Assembly: GCF_020745735.1 (NCBI RefSeq)
Contig: NC_083408.1
Coordinates: forward strand, 92,038,484-92,102,483
Reading direction: 5' to 3'
Length of the DNA: 64,000 nucleotides
DNA from: Hemiscyllium ocellatum
Taxonomy: Eukaryota
Below, piece after piece: positions 24,901 through 35,980 of the stretch (the first letter of the stretch is position 1; every line of letters begins with the position of its first letter). Under the pieces are notes generated by a model. It did no database searches. It was not told the DNA's origin and saw only the letters and a list, made by a program, of their open reading frames with translations. The position numbers and the translations under genes are program-made.

Positions 24901-27900
24901 GAGCAAACTATTCAGTTCAAGGACAGCTATAAATGGGCAACAAATGCTGGCCAGCCAATGCCCAAGTCCCATGAGTAAGTATTAAAACAAAACCATCAAG
25001 ACCCAGGCATCTGCCAACCACAGCTTTGACAATTTACTCCATACCTCTTGATTGTAATTTCAATCAAACTCCCCTGCTCACCACCCAGAGTTTCTCTCTC
25101 CGTTCCATTTCCTGATTTATTGCTGCTTCAAGAATGTTACCTACATTGTGTTTCATGAAGATTGATGCAAAATACCTCTTTAATTCACCCGCCATTTCTT
25201 TATTTTGCATTGTCAATTCTCTAGTTTAACTTTCTAGAAGATCAATGTTCACTTTGTTAACTCTTCTTTAATTAGGAGAACACAAATTATCTGTCCTTTT
25301 ATTCCTGGCTAGCTTTCTCTTGTACTCTCGATTTCCTTAATTTATTTTTTGCCTTTTTATATATCCCGTCCAATTTTATGGAACACGGTCTGTCTTTGCA
25401 CAATTAAATTAAATCAGAACCTCAAAGGTGACTAGAGTTTACTACTGTTTACATTGCCTACAAAATTAGTGGGAAAACTGGTGCTTCCACATACAGTTGT
25501 TGTTTTCAAATTGCATTGGATGCAATCTGAAAGCTACAATGGTATATGTACAGCATACAGAATAAGTTTTATTTCAAAACTACATTAACTTAAATCTGAC
25601 TATTTCTTCTCAATTGGTCTTTAAACAAAACAGTCTACTTCTATTGTGTAGGCATAACCAATGTAAAAGATACAGAATGGACAAAGTATATTCAGTTGGC
25701 AGGTTTCTTTCTCCATCAATCTCCAAAGGAAATGCCACTCTTACTGGAATGGTTGAGATTAAGAACTAACAGTGATCAATTTTGATCTATAATTCTTATG
25801 CAACATTACAGTGTAATATTAATGTTTCATAACTAACAATGGCATTTGATATAAAATTAACATAGCATGCAATTGTTAACCCAGCATCCACACTTCAATA
25901 TTTCTTCGAATTTACCATCCTTTCTCTCCTATGTTAACAAAAGGTGACAAGGCAATTCATCCAAGAAAGTTTTAAGTGCCTGTATACATTAAAGGAAAGA
26001 GCTAGTTAAAAATAAAACTATTGTTTCCATACTTCTGTTGCCTTCATTTGTGAATCAAATTCAAATCAAGAATGAAGCATGAAGGACACTACAGTGAAAT
26101 TTTGTTTCATGTTATAACATTACTGAGTATCTTGTAAGAAAATCAGTGAGTCTTCACAAAAGTATTACTGTCTTGCAACTGGATTACTATTAGTCTACTC
26201 CAAATACCAGTAACTACCAAATGGAAAGAAAAGTGTGTTAAAAGAACAACTATAGGTATTTATGATTGTCTGTAATATAGTTCTGTAAAACATGACACTT
26301 GAATAGTAACATCATTCCCCCACCAGTTCAAAGTTAAGCTTGAGCAAATAATTACATCCTGCCATACTGTTAAGTTTTGCAAAGCTATTGCACACTTACC
26401 AGTGAATTTGGTAACAGCATCAATATGATGCTTTACCTGGACAGCTAATTCTCTTGTTGGAGTCAAGACAAGGCCCAATAGTGGATATTCAGTATTGGAA
26501 GCTGCATGAGAATCTAAATTTACATGGTTGATCACTTTTACAGAGCTTTCATTCTCTTCATGTTTCTCTTCAATCCCATCCGCTTCCTCATATTCCTCCA
26601 GGTGTTCGCTAGTGTTTTCCAATACATCACTGACTGCATTGTAACTGTTATTTGTATCTTGGATGCCTTGCTGTACTTCCTCGCTTGTTTTCAATTTAGC
26701 ATCTTTAGCCTTCCTCCATTCTAGAATAAGGTGGATCATGGGAATAGCAAATGCCAGTGTTTTACCACTGCCTTTAAGTTAAGAAAATGAAGAAAATTAG
26801 AAAGAGTAAGCTAATCCAGCTTAAGTCATCACATCAAAAACATGAAAATTCATGAATGTAAACGTATACACTTATAATCAAGAGTCCCAGAATTGTTATA
26901 TTTTGTTCGGCACATTAGAAAGTCACTTTAACATAATAATGATGCACATATTTTGCATGTTTATTTGAATTTACTCAGATACAGCAAAAACACAAGCTGT
27001 TGAGGCTAATACAATCATTACTACTTTTTAATATCATGATATAGTTACTGTGGAAAGTCTAATTTAAAATCATGACACAAGGATACAACCAACTGGAAAA
27101 AAGCAGAAATGTAGTTTTTGAGGAAGTACGTTTTTATATTATGCACTGGGATATCAGCTTTACTCATTTAGTGGCAGCATGTTGAGAGTTCAAGCTGTAC
27201 AGTAGTACCTGAGCACACAATATATACTTCAAAGTAATAGAATATTGCACCATTTGAGGTGACATTTTTCAGTTGTGACGTTTAACCAAGGCCTTATTTG
27301 CCTACTCGGCTGGATATGAATAATACCATGGCATGATTTGAAAATAAAAACAGCCAGAGGTTCTCTTAAGTTTTAAAGTACCACTACCCAAATAGATTAT
27401 GTAGTCCATTACCTTATATGCAACTTGTGTGACCTTGTTGACGGCAAAGCAACTATTGTATTTAACTACATATAAAGTAATGACTTTGAATGCTGAAATG
27501 GTCACTGTGGCATACAATGCTGGCCATGGTAGCATTCAGTATTCATTTGTGTATATGCTGCTGAATCACTACTTTCTGTGCAGTGATGCCAGTGCTAGTG
27601 AATGATGACTATCCCACTTTTATGTACTGCAAATTATTTTTCAGAAAAGTCCCCCTGTGCTGTCTTGGCCTCTTCCTCTTGCACCCTCTCCCAATCAATT
27701 CAGTTGGGGGCATGGGTGTGGGCAACAGCACAGCTTGTTAATATTTTGCTTCTGACAGAGCCATCTTCATGACAGGCAGCTGCCACTGCACTCCTGGACA
27801 GAGATGTCACAAAAGATATGGCCAATGACACAATGACTATACTGTACTTCATTGGCTATAGGACAATAGAAATCATTTTAAAAAACTAAATTAAAGTAGC

Positions 27901-28767
27901 CATTTCATGTCCTTCAAAAGGCAATGAATTTTCATTTATAACTTCATATGAAGACGTAACCAAAATAAAGCCATTTGGACACATCAGTAACTGGCAGACA
28001 CCAGCATATGTAGTTTATTAATAACCTTATATTGTACACTGTATAACAGAATTATTACACTAACCTGTTTCTGCAGCACCAAGAATGTCTAATTTGTCTC
28101 TAATGGCAGGTGGCAGTACCAGTGCTTGGATGGGAGTAGGAGTAGTATAACCAAGAGAACTAAGGGCACAGAGTACTGGTTCTGGGACAAATAGGTCTTT
28201 CCAGGCAGAAATATCAGTTGTCTGCTCAGATGAACAGGAATGATGCATTGTCCAATTTTTCACTTTCATGGCTGGAGTGGAGGACTGAGAAACTACAGAC
28301 TTCTTTTTCTTCCTCTTCCTTTGCTTTTTCTTTGAAACTGCAGTAACATTTGTTTCTGCCCCTGCTGTTTCATTTTTATCTGAACATTCAAGCGGATTCA
28401 TATCCTCAGAGAAGTCAGTAACGCCCTCTTCACCCAGAGTCTGGTCAACAGTGGTCTTTTTGTTCATCTTTTTCTTTGTGACTTGAATCGATTCCAGTAA
28501 ATCATCACCACTGATTTTCTGCTTCTTTGAACATTCTGGCACCTCTGAAATATCGGACTTTCTTTTTCTTGTTTCTTGATCTGTCAACTTGCCAGCACTA
28601 ACCAACTGATAATCTGTAAGCTCTTCAAAACAAACTAGATCCCCAAAATCTTCATCACCAAGGAAGGTTGGATCTATTTTCACTGACTTCCATTGTCCAA
28701 TTACTTTAATATTCTTCTGCTGAGCTTTTGAAGATAGAAAGAACTTTTTTCTTTTTCTTTCCTTCAT
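15686..28767 (-). CDS. DDX24: ATP-dependent DEAD-box RNA helicase DDX24, complete spliced CDS, 792 aa
   Basis: complement(join(15686-15924,16893-17022,19326-19514,19768-19843,20377-20892,21857-22010,26400-26771,28065-28767)) = 2379 nt, open. Motifs: Q (PTPIQ), I (AETGSGKT), Ia (PTRELA), GG, Ib (TPGRL), II (DEAD), III (SAT), V (TDVAARGLD), VI (HRSGRTAR). Has the DDX24/Mak5-type acidic insert after motif I. Confidence 0.95.
16037..16620 (-). mobile_element. Penelope-like element 3' fragment (end of GIY-YIG domain + terminus)
   Basis: Homologous to 30740-31270; same terminal CTGACCTG..GCTTTTCCAG sequence. Confidence 0.8.
16893..17022 (-). CDS. DDX24: DDX24 penultimate coding exon
   Basis: [43 protein letters not shown]; CAG acceptor, GTAAGT donor. 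Confidence 0.92.
19097..19227. mobile_element. PLE-terminal mini-insertion (family A) with hammerhead core and 16-bp TSD
   Basis: TSD TCAGCATACTTTCCAT at 19081-19096 and 19228-19243; TGAAGA-A-GGGC-TCTG-GCCC-GAAAC-GTC at 19143-19169. Confidence 0.85.
19326..19514 (-). CDS. DDX24: DDX24 exon (motif VI)
   Basis: [22 protein letters not shown]...MSEIK; TAG acceptor, GTAAAT donor. Confidence 0.94.
19768..19843 (-). CDS. DDX24: DDX24 exon (motif V)
   Basis: [25 protein letters not shown]; CAG acceptor, GTGAGA donor. Confidence 0.95.
20377..20892 (-). CDS. DDX24: DDX24 exon (DEAD, SAT, motif IV)
   Basis: [16 protein letters not shown]...IFSATL...VFANS; TAG acceptor, GTAAGT donor. Confidence 0.95.
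21857..22010 (-). CDS. DDX24: DDX24 exon ([10 protein letters not shown])
   Basis: [52 protein letters not shown]; CAG acceptor, GTGAGC donor. Confidence 0.94.
23041..24237. mobile_element. Two Penelope-like fragments in inverted orientation (minus ~23041-23825, plus ~23826-24237)
   Basis: [20 protein letters not shown]...[13 protein letters not shown] on +; homologous end plus hammerhead-like CTGAAGA-A-GGGC-TTAT-GCCC on - (23109-23128). Confidence 0.8.
24595..24990 (+). mobile_element. tRNA-derived SINE with L2-like tail
   Basis: B-box-like GGTTTGAATTCC; CCTGGTCTGGCCTACATGTGAC core; tail GGGCAACAAATGCTGGCC. Confidence 0.65.
26400..26771 (-). CDS. DDX24: DDX24 exon (GSGKT ... PTRELAVQV)
   Basis: AAAG acceptor, GTAAGT donor, motifs I and Ia. 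Confidence 0.94.
28065..28767 (-). CDS. DDX24: DDX24 first coding exon (basic N-terminus, Q motif)
   Basis: Acceptor TTTTAAG ending at 28774, ATG at 28767 (MKERKRKK...), ends ...LGAAETG with a GTTAGT donor. Confidence 0.92.
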
Positions 28768-29029
28768 TTTGACCTTAAAAGGAAATTTGAAAACCAAGTT
28801 AGCAAAATTTAACTTCATTACCATGCACAGTAAAATTATGAAATTAAGCTACAGAGAGACGAAAGCAGAGCTTTGAGATAGCTTCAGAAGCCCCTACATC
28901 AAGTGAACAAAGTGCAGGGACAGAAATTCTGAAACAAAAAAAAATTTCTGGAGAAACTCAGCGGGTCTGGCAGCATTTGTCCAGTAACACTATAGTATTG
29001 CTGCAAAACAACCATAAAATACAATATTT

Positions 29030-31325
29030 CAGCTCTCTCACGATGCATCCACCTGGACACCCCGCGCTGGCCTATTACCTACCCTCGACCTCTTCATTTC
29101 CAACTGCCGCCGGGACATTAACCGCCTCAACCTGTCTACACCCCCTCCCCCACTCCACCATCTCACCCTCACAACGCGCAGCCCTCCAATCCAACCTCAC
29201 CATCAAGCCAGCAGATAAAGGGGATGCAGTGGTAGTCTGACGCAGTGACCTCTACATTGCTGAAGCCAAACGCCAATTCGAGGACACCTCTTCCCACTGC
29301 ACCCTCAACCATGACCCCACCCCCCCATCACCAAACCATCATCTCCCAGACCATTGAAACCCTCATCACCTCAGGAGATCTCCCATCCACAGCTTCCAAT
29401 CTCATAGTCAGGAACCCCGCACTGCCCAGTTCTACCTCCTTCCCAAGATCCACAAGCCTGACCACCCTGGCCGACCCATTGCGGCAGGAGCATGCTGAGA
29501 CAATGAACTCATCTCTACCTACCTCGACACTGTCCTATCCCTCCCTAGTCCAGGAATTCCCCACATACATTCGAGACACCACCCACGCCCTCCACCTCCT
29601 CCAAGACTTCCGTTTCCCCGGCCCCAATGCCTCATCTTCACCATGGATATCCAATCCCTCTACACCTCCATCCGCCATGACCAGGGCCTCCAAGCCCTCT
29701 GTTTTTTTTCCTCTCCCAACGTCCCCAACAGTACCCTTCCACCGACACTCTCATTCGTTTGGCCGAACTGGTCCTCACCCTTAACAATTTCTCCTTCGAA
29801 TCCTCCCACTTCCTCCAGACCAAAGGAGTAGCCATGGGCACACGTATGGGCCCCAGCTATGCCTATCACTTTGTGGCTACGTAGAACAGTCGATCTTCCG
29901 TAATTACACCTGCACCACTCCCCATCTCTTCCTCCGCTACATTGATGACTGCATTGGCGTTACCTCGTGCTCCCGTGAGGGGGTTGAGCAATTCATCAAC
30001 TTCACCAACACATTCCACCCTGACCTTAAATTTACTTGGACCATCTCTGACACCTCCCTCCCCTTCCTGGACCTTCCATCTCCATTAATGACGACCGACT
30101 TGACACTAACATTTTTTACAAACCCACCGACTCCCACAGCTACCTGGATTACACCTCTTCCCACCCTACTTCTTGCAAAAATGCCATCCCATATTCTCAA
30201 TTCCTCCACCTCCACTGTATTTGCTCCCAGGAGGACCACAGAACACACCAGATGGCGTCCTTCTTTAGAGATGGCAATTTCCCTTCCCACATGGTTTAAG
30301 ATGCCCTCCAATGCATCTCGTCCACATCCTGCACCTCCACCCTCAGACCCCACCCCTCCAACCGTAACACGGACAGAACGCCCCTGGTGCTCACCTTCCA
30401 CCCTACCAACCTTCACATAAACCAAATCATCCACCGGCATTTCCACCACCTCCAAAAAGACCCTACCACCAGGAATATATTTCCCTCCCCACCCCTTTCC
30501 ACCTTCCGCAAAGACTGTTCCCTCCATGACTACCTGGTCAGGTCCACGTGTCCCCTTCAACCCACCCTCCCATCCTGACACCTCCCCGTGCCACCGCAGG
30601 AACTGTAAAACCTGCACCCACACCTCCTCCTTCACATCCATCCAAGGCCCTAAAGGAGCCTTCCACATCCAAAGTTTTACCTGCACATCCACTAATATCG
30701 TTTATTGTATCCATTGCTCCCGATGCGGTCTCCTCTAAATTGGGGAGACTAGGCGCCTCCTAGCAGAGTGCTTTAGGGAACATCTCCGGGACACCCGCGC
30801 CAATCAACCACACCGCCCCATGGCCCAATATTTCAACTCCCCCTCCCACTCTGCCGAGGACATGGAAGTCCTGGGCCTCCTTCGCCACTGCTCCCTCACC
30901 ACCAGACGCCTGGAGGAAGAACACCTCATCTTCTGCCTTGGAACACTTCAACCCCAGGGCATCAATGTGGACTTCAACAGTTTCCTCATTTCTCCTTCCC
31001 CCTCACCCTAGTTCCAACCTTCCAACTCAGCACTGTCCCCATGACTTGTCCTACCTGCCTATCTTCTTTTCCACCTATCCACTCCACCCTCCCCCCGCCC
31101 TATCACCTTCATCCCCTCCCCCACTCACCCATTGTACTCTATGCTACTTTCTCCCCATCCCCACCCTCCTCTAGCTTATCTCTCCACGCTTCAGGCTCTC
31201 TGTCTTTATTCCTGATGAAAGTTGAATTTACTGCTAAACCTCGGATGCTGCCTGAACTGCTGTGCTCTTCCAGCACCACTAATCCAGAATCTGGTTTCCA
31301 GCATCTGCAGTCATTGTTTTTACCT
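29030..31325 (+). mobile_element. Penelope-like retroelement (RT + GIY-YIG endonuclease), 5'-truncated and frameshifted
   Basis: IKPADKGDAVVV, MDIQSLYTSI, QTKGVAMGTRMGPSYA, FLRYIDDCIG, KPTDSHSYLDY and NIVYCIHCSRCGLL*IGET; terminal ...CCAGCATCTGCAGTCATTGTTTTTACC; hammerhead partly deleted after CCTGATGAA (31211). Confidence 0.9.
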
Positions 31326-31454
31326 ACTTGAGAAAGAGTTACGGTTCAATTCTTTCAGTCTCAACATGTACTACCGATCTGCTGAATGCTTTCTGCATCT
31401 TCTGATTTATTTTCTCCTTTGTAGTTGGATCATTAAGTGATCCAATAATGGAAA

Positions 31455-32140
31455 ATTTCAACATAGCGCTAAACACCTGTGCTAATTAAATAAAACACAC
31501 AGAAAAGCTCACCTCGGTTCGTAACCTGTTAAAGTATGAGTGACAGAGAACTACCCAAATTCCGCTATTTAACAAAAACATTAATTTTATTCTTTAACAC
31601 TAAAAGTGAACATTAAACAACTATTTACCACTCTCAGCCTCCCTTCTCAAAGATTTGTTATCTACCTCCCGATCTGTAATATACAGATCCAATAAAGCCC
31701 CGATTAAATTTACAGCAACTTAATTTTCAAAACCAAACAGCTGCTGTCGTCGATCTTTCTCTGTTCCTAGATCTTCCTGACTCATCTTTGGTCTTCTGCT
31801 GCAAAGATGTTTCAAATGAAAAAGGTGCCTTTGACAGAGAGTGTGGTGAATAGCAGTCTTTCATTGACAGTTGGTGCTCTTTTCTGGCTAACTGTCAAAA
31901 ATGCCTGCGTTTTTTATCCCCAAATATCCGATCATCGCATTGGTTCGATGTTGTCAAAACAGTAAAATTCAAGTTCAGTTGGGTTTTAGTATCTTGGAAC
32001 ATAATTTAAACTGCTGGGAAAACAAGTGAGGTATCTGGGTTACACCAAATTTTACATCTTTCAAATTTCTGGCACGCTGTGACTGCTAGTCAATCACTCT
32101 CTCTTAAAAAGCGACAGTACACACTTTCAACTTTATAACA
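31455..32140 (-). mobile_element. Possible solo LTR
   Basis: Ends ...TTATAACA at 32140; minus-strand AATAAA near 31586; non-coding and distinct from the flanks. Left boundary and TSD not resolved. Confidence 0.35.
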
Positions 32141-33604
32141 TATTGCACAGACTTAAAAGTGATCACAGCAATAGACAATTCTACAAAAACAAATTCTGGG
32201 CTTGAGTAAATAACAAATGTCATTTGATGTGAGGACTGATACAGGAGGCTCAAGAGTTAATTATTACAAAGAATAATTTCTTCCATTTTGAGCATCACAG
32301 CAACTTATCGACTACATATTCCAGAAAGATTTTGGCTCAGAGGTTTCTGGTTTGAGCAGAATTAAATCCCTATAACTGTCAAGCCTTCACTTCAACTGAA
32401 TAAGGCTCCCAGATTTCTTCCAATACGATGATTATTTAAACTTAGCCCATTTCTTTTCAATCACCCTTGAAAATATCATCTTCATAGGACAAGATAGCTG
32501 TAATGTGAACACTGCAAATGCCAGAAACTCTCAAGTAAGTGGGTAGAAGGACTTGTGTCATACCCTCTACTCAAAGGGGAAGGTTCTGCACTGGAATATT
32601 GCTTTGTTCATTTGAGAGTAACTGCAGTTTGATGAAACAGGTAATTCGGTCATAAGAGAGAGGTGATGAGTCCCTCTTTTTCTCTCATTGGGGAGTATTT
32701 TCGCTCTTTAATATCAAAGTAAGTATTATGAAGCTTTGGTCGCTCAAGGAACTCTATTTCAGAGTTGATAAGTTGGAGTCAGAGGTTCAAACACGTGACA
32801 GGTCAGGGAGGGGGAGGTTAGTTATATGCAGTCTTTCAGGAGACAGTCACACCATTCAGGTTAAGTACTTCCAAATTTGGTCAATGATCAGAGACAGGAG
32901 GTTGTGACTACAAGTGAGACAAGTAGAGGGATCCTGAATTTAGCATTGGATGAGCCAAAGCTCTTGATCAATAGGTATTTGATCCATTTGTGAATGAGGA
33001 AAAAGAACTGAATAGGGTAGCAAAGTGACTACTGTAGTATGGTATCAGAAGCAGGGTTAGCAAAAACAAAACAAAAAAGTGGTGGTAAGATACTGTAATT
33101 AGGGGTACATTTGTAATCAGGATTGAGATTCATGCATGATGTGTTGCCTGTCTGGTGTCAAGCTAAGGGACATATTACATCGACTTGAAGGATATTGGAG
33201 TGGGAAAGGGAGGATCCAGTTGTGGTCCATGTTCAAACCAAGAACATAGTTATGAGTAGACAGTATGCCCTGTTTAGGGATTATTAGGAATTAGGAACAA
33301 AATTACAGAACCTCAAGTGTTATAATCTCTGGATTATTAACTGAGACACATGCAAATTAGCATAGAAATAAGAAAATTATAGAAGTAAAATACATAGCTG
33401 AAGGAGTGGTGTGGGAATGAGGGGTTCCATTGCATGGGGCATGAACATCAGCTTTGGGACCATACTGATGGTTCTGGTGGAGCCTGTCACAATCTTGGAT
33501 CAATGTCCTAGTCAAGATGCTAAATAGGATGGTTTCAAGGACATGAAACTAGTAAATGGGGGTGGACAGGAGAGGGTGAGAAGAGGAGAGGACTTGGGGC
33601 AAGT

Positions 33605-33685
33605 AAAAAATCCACAACACCATGTTATAGTCCAATAGGTTTAGAGTGCTTTCAGAGTGCTGCTCCTTCATCAAGTGGTTCATCA
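33605..33685 (-). mobile_element. PLE-terminal mini-insertion (family B) with 9-bp TSD
   Basis: GGGGCAAGT at 33596-33604 and 33686-33694; decayed TGATGA..GAAAGC motif on the minus strand. Confidence 0.65.
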
Positions 33686-33895
33686 GGGGCAAGTCAATAG
33701 TTTAAAAATCAACTAACCTAGGAGTGAAGAAAGAGTCAGGAATGTGACTTCAGATGTGGCAAGGAATGGCAAAACTATAAGTATATTGATTAAACAGAAA
33801 GAAGGAAATAACTAATAGGTGAAAAGAGAATCAGTGCTGAGGGACAGGGAACACTGTATGGCCTAAATGAGAATTCCAAATTCGAATGCATGGAG

Positions 33896-34190
33896 GTCGG
33901 CATAGTGGTATGGTGGTTAGCAGTGCTCCTCACAGTGCCAGGGAACTGGGTTCAATTCCACCCTCAGGCAACTATCCATATGAAATTTACGCATTCTCCT
34001 TATGTCTTCACAAGTTTCCTCCCACAATCCAAAGATGTACAGGTAAGGTAGATTGACATGCTAAATTGCCCAGTGTCCAGGAATGTGAGGTTATAGGATG
34101 TGGGTCTGGATGGGATGCTCTTCAGAGGGTTGGTGTGACTCTATGGGCTGAATGGCCAGTTTCCGTACTGTTGTGATTTTGTGATGATTC
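33896..34190 (+). mobile_element. V-SINE (HE1-like)
   Basis: GGGTTCAATTCC B-box, V-domain, CCAAAGATGT core. Confidence 0.75.
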
Positions 34191-34640
34191 TATGTAAAGG
34201 AGTAAATTAAATGACCTGGAGGTATAAATTCAAATTAAAGATTATAATTTAGTAGTCATTTACTGAATCATGGCTACAGGATGATCAGGATTGGAAACTA
34301 AATATACCAGGTTACAGTATATGTTTTACAAGATGGATAGGGAAAATGGCAGAAGTAGAGGAGTAGCCTTATCATGAAGGAAAATATAATTAGGGGAAAG
34401 AATTAAGTGGAGATCATATGGGTGGAACTGAGGAACAGTAAAGGATCTAAAACTAATAGACGATATCTACAGACACTAGTAGCAACTCTGAAGTGCCAGA
34501 TTGCATGAATGCAGAAATTAGGCAAGTGTGTACCAAAGCCAGAATATCATTAATCGGGAGTTTTAACTTTTAACATAGATTTTGGAGAGGCAGACAAGCA
34601 CTCGTCAGAAAGGTAGTAATTTCTGGAGTGTGTCTAGGAT

Positions 34641-35980
34641 CATTTGGAATTCTTTGAAGAGGTGACAAGTAGATTAGACCAGGGAAACCCAGTGGATGTG
34701 GTCTGTCTAGACTTCCAAAAGGCCTTTGATAAGATGCCACATGAGAGGCTGCTGAGTAAGGTGAGGGCCCATGGTGTTCGAGGTGAGCTACTGTTATGGA
34801 GTGAGGATTGGCTGTCTGACAGAGGACAGAGAGTTGGGATAAAAGGTTCTTTTTCGGAATGGCAGCCGGTGACAAGCGGTGTCCCGCAGGGTTCAGTGTT
34901 GGGGCCGCAGCTGTTCACATTGTATATTAATGATCTGGATGAAGGGACTGGGGGCATTCTAGCGAAGTTTGCTGATGATACAAAGTTAGGTGGACAGGCA
35001 GGTAGTACTGAGGAAGTGGGGAGGCTGCAGAAGGATCTAGACAGTTTGGGAGAGATGCTCGAAACGTCGAATTCTCTATTCCTGAGATGCTGCCTAACCT
35101 GCTGTGCTTTGACCAGCAACACATTTGCAGTTTGGGAGAGTGGTCCAGGAAATGGCTGATGGAATTCAATGTGAGCAAATGCAAGGTCTTGCACTTTGGA
35201 AAAAAGAATACAAGCATGGACTACTTTCTAAACAGTGAAAAAATTCATAAAGCCAAAGTACAAAGGGATCTGGGAGTGCTAGTTGAGGATTCTCTAAAGG
35301 TAAACATGCAGGTTGAGCCCGTGATTAAGAAAGCGAATGCAATGTTGTCATTTATCTCAAGAGGGTTGGAATATAAAAGCACCGTTGTGCTACTGAGACT
35401 TTATAAAGCTCTGGCTAGGCCCCATTTGGAGTACTGTGTCCAATTTTGGTCCCCACACCTCAGAAAGGAGGTACTGGCACTGGAGCGTGTCCAGCGGAGA
35501 TCCACATGGATGATCCCTGGAATGGTAGGTCTAACATACGAGGAACGGCTGAAGATCATGGGATTGTATTCATTAGAGTTTAGAAGATTAAGGGGAGATC
35601 TAATGGAAACTTACAAGATAATACATGGTTTGGAAAGGGTGGATGCTAGGAAATTGTTTCCGTTAGGTGAGGAGACTAGGACCCGTGGACACAGCCTTAG
35701 AATTAGAGGGGGTAAATTCAGAACAGAAATGCAGATACATTTCTTCAGCCAGAGTGTGGTGGGCCTGTGGAATTCATTGCCGTGAGTGCAGTGGAGGCCG
35801 GGACGCTAAAGGCAGAGATTGATAAATTCTTGATGTCACAAGGAATTAAGGGCTACGGGGAGAATGCGGGTAAGTGAAGTTGAAATGCCCATCAGCCATG
35901 ATTGAATGGTTGAGTGGACTTGATGGGCCGAATGGCCTTACTTCCACTCCTATATCTTATGGTCTCATTTCTTATGGTAA
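34641..35980 (+). mobile_element. Younger 5'-truncated CR1 LINE RT nested in the older CR1
   Basis: Long ORFs 34644..35159 and 35087..35785 ([39 protein letters not shown]); imperfect flanking repeat TGTGTCTAGGAT / TGTGTCCTGGAT. Confidence 0.9.
35055..35127 (+). mobile_element. 73-bp PLE-terminal mini-insertion (family A) with 13-bp TSD, frameshifting the CR1 RT
   Basis: CAGTTTGGGAGAG at 35042-35054 and 35128-35140; begins ATGCTCGAAACGTCGAATT. Confidence 0.88.

Larger units (their letters stand above)
22515..25380 (-). mobile_element. Old CR1 LINE interrupted by an inverted PLE pair and a SINE
   Basis: [15 protein letters not shown] near 24250-24295, and [14 protein letters not shown] in ORF 22518..22802. 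Confidence 0.7.

Noticed and set aside
31505-31520. Minus-strand GAG|GTGAGC donor as an extra DDX24 5'UTR exon
   Set aside because: Lies in an LTR-like repeat; no supported acceptor or promoter.
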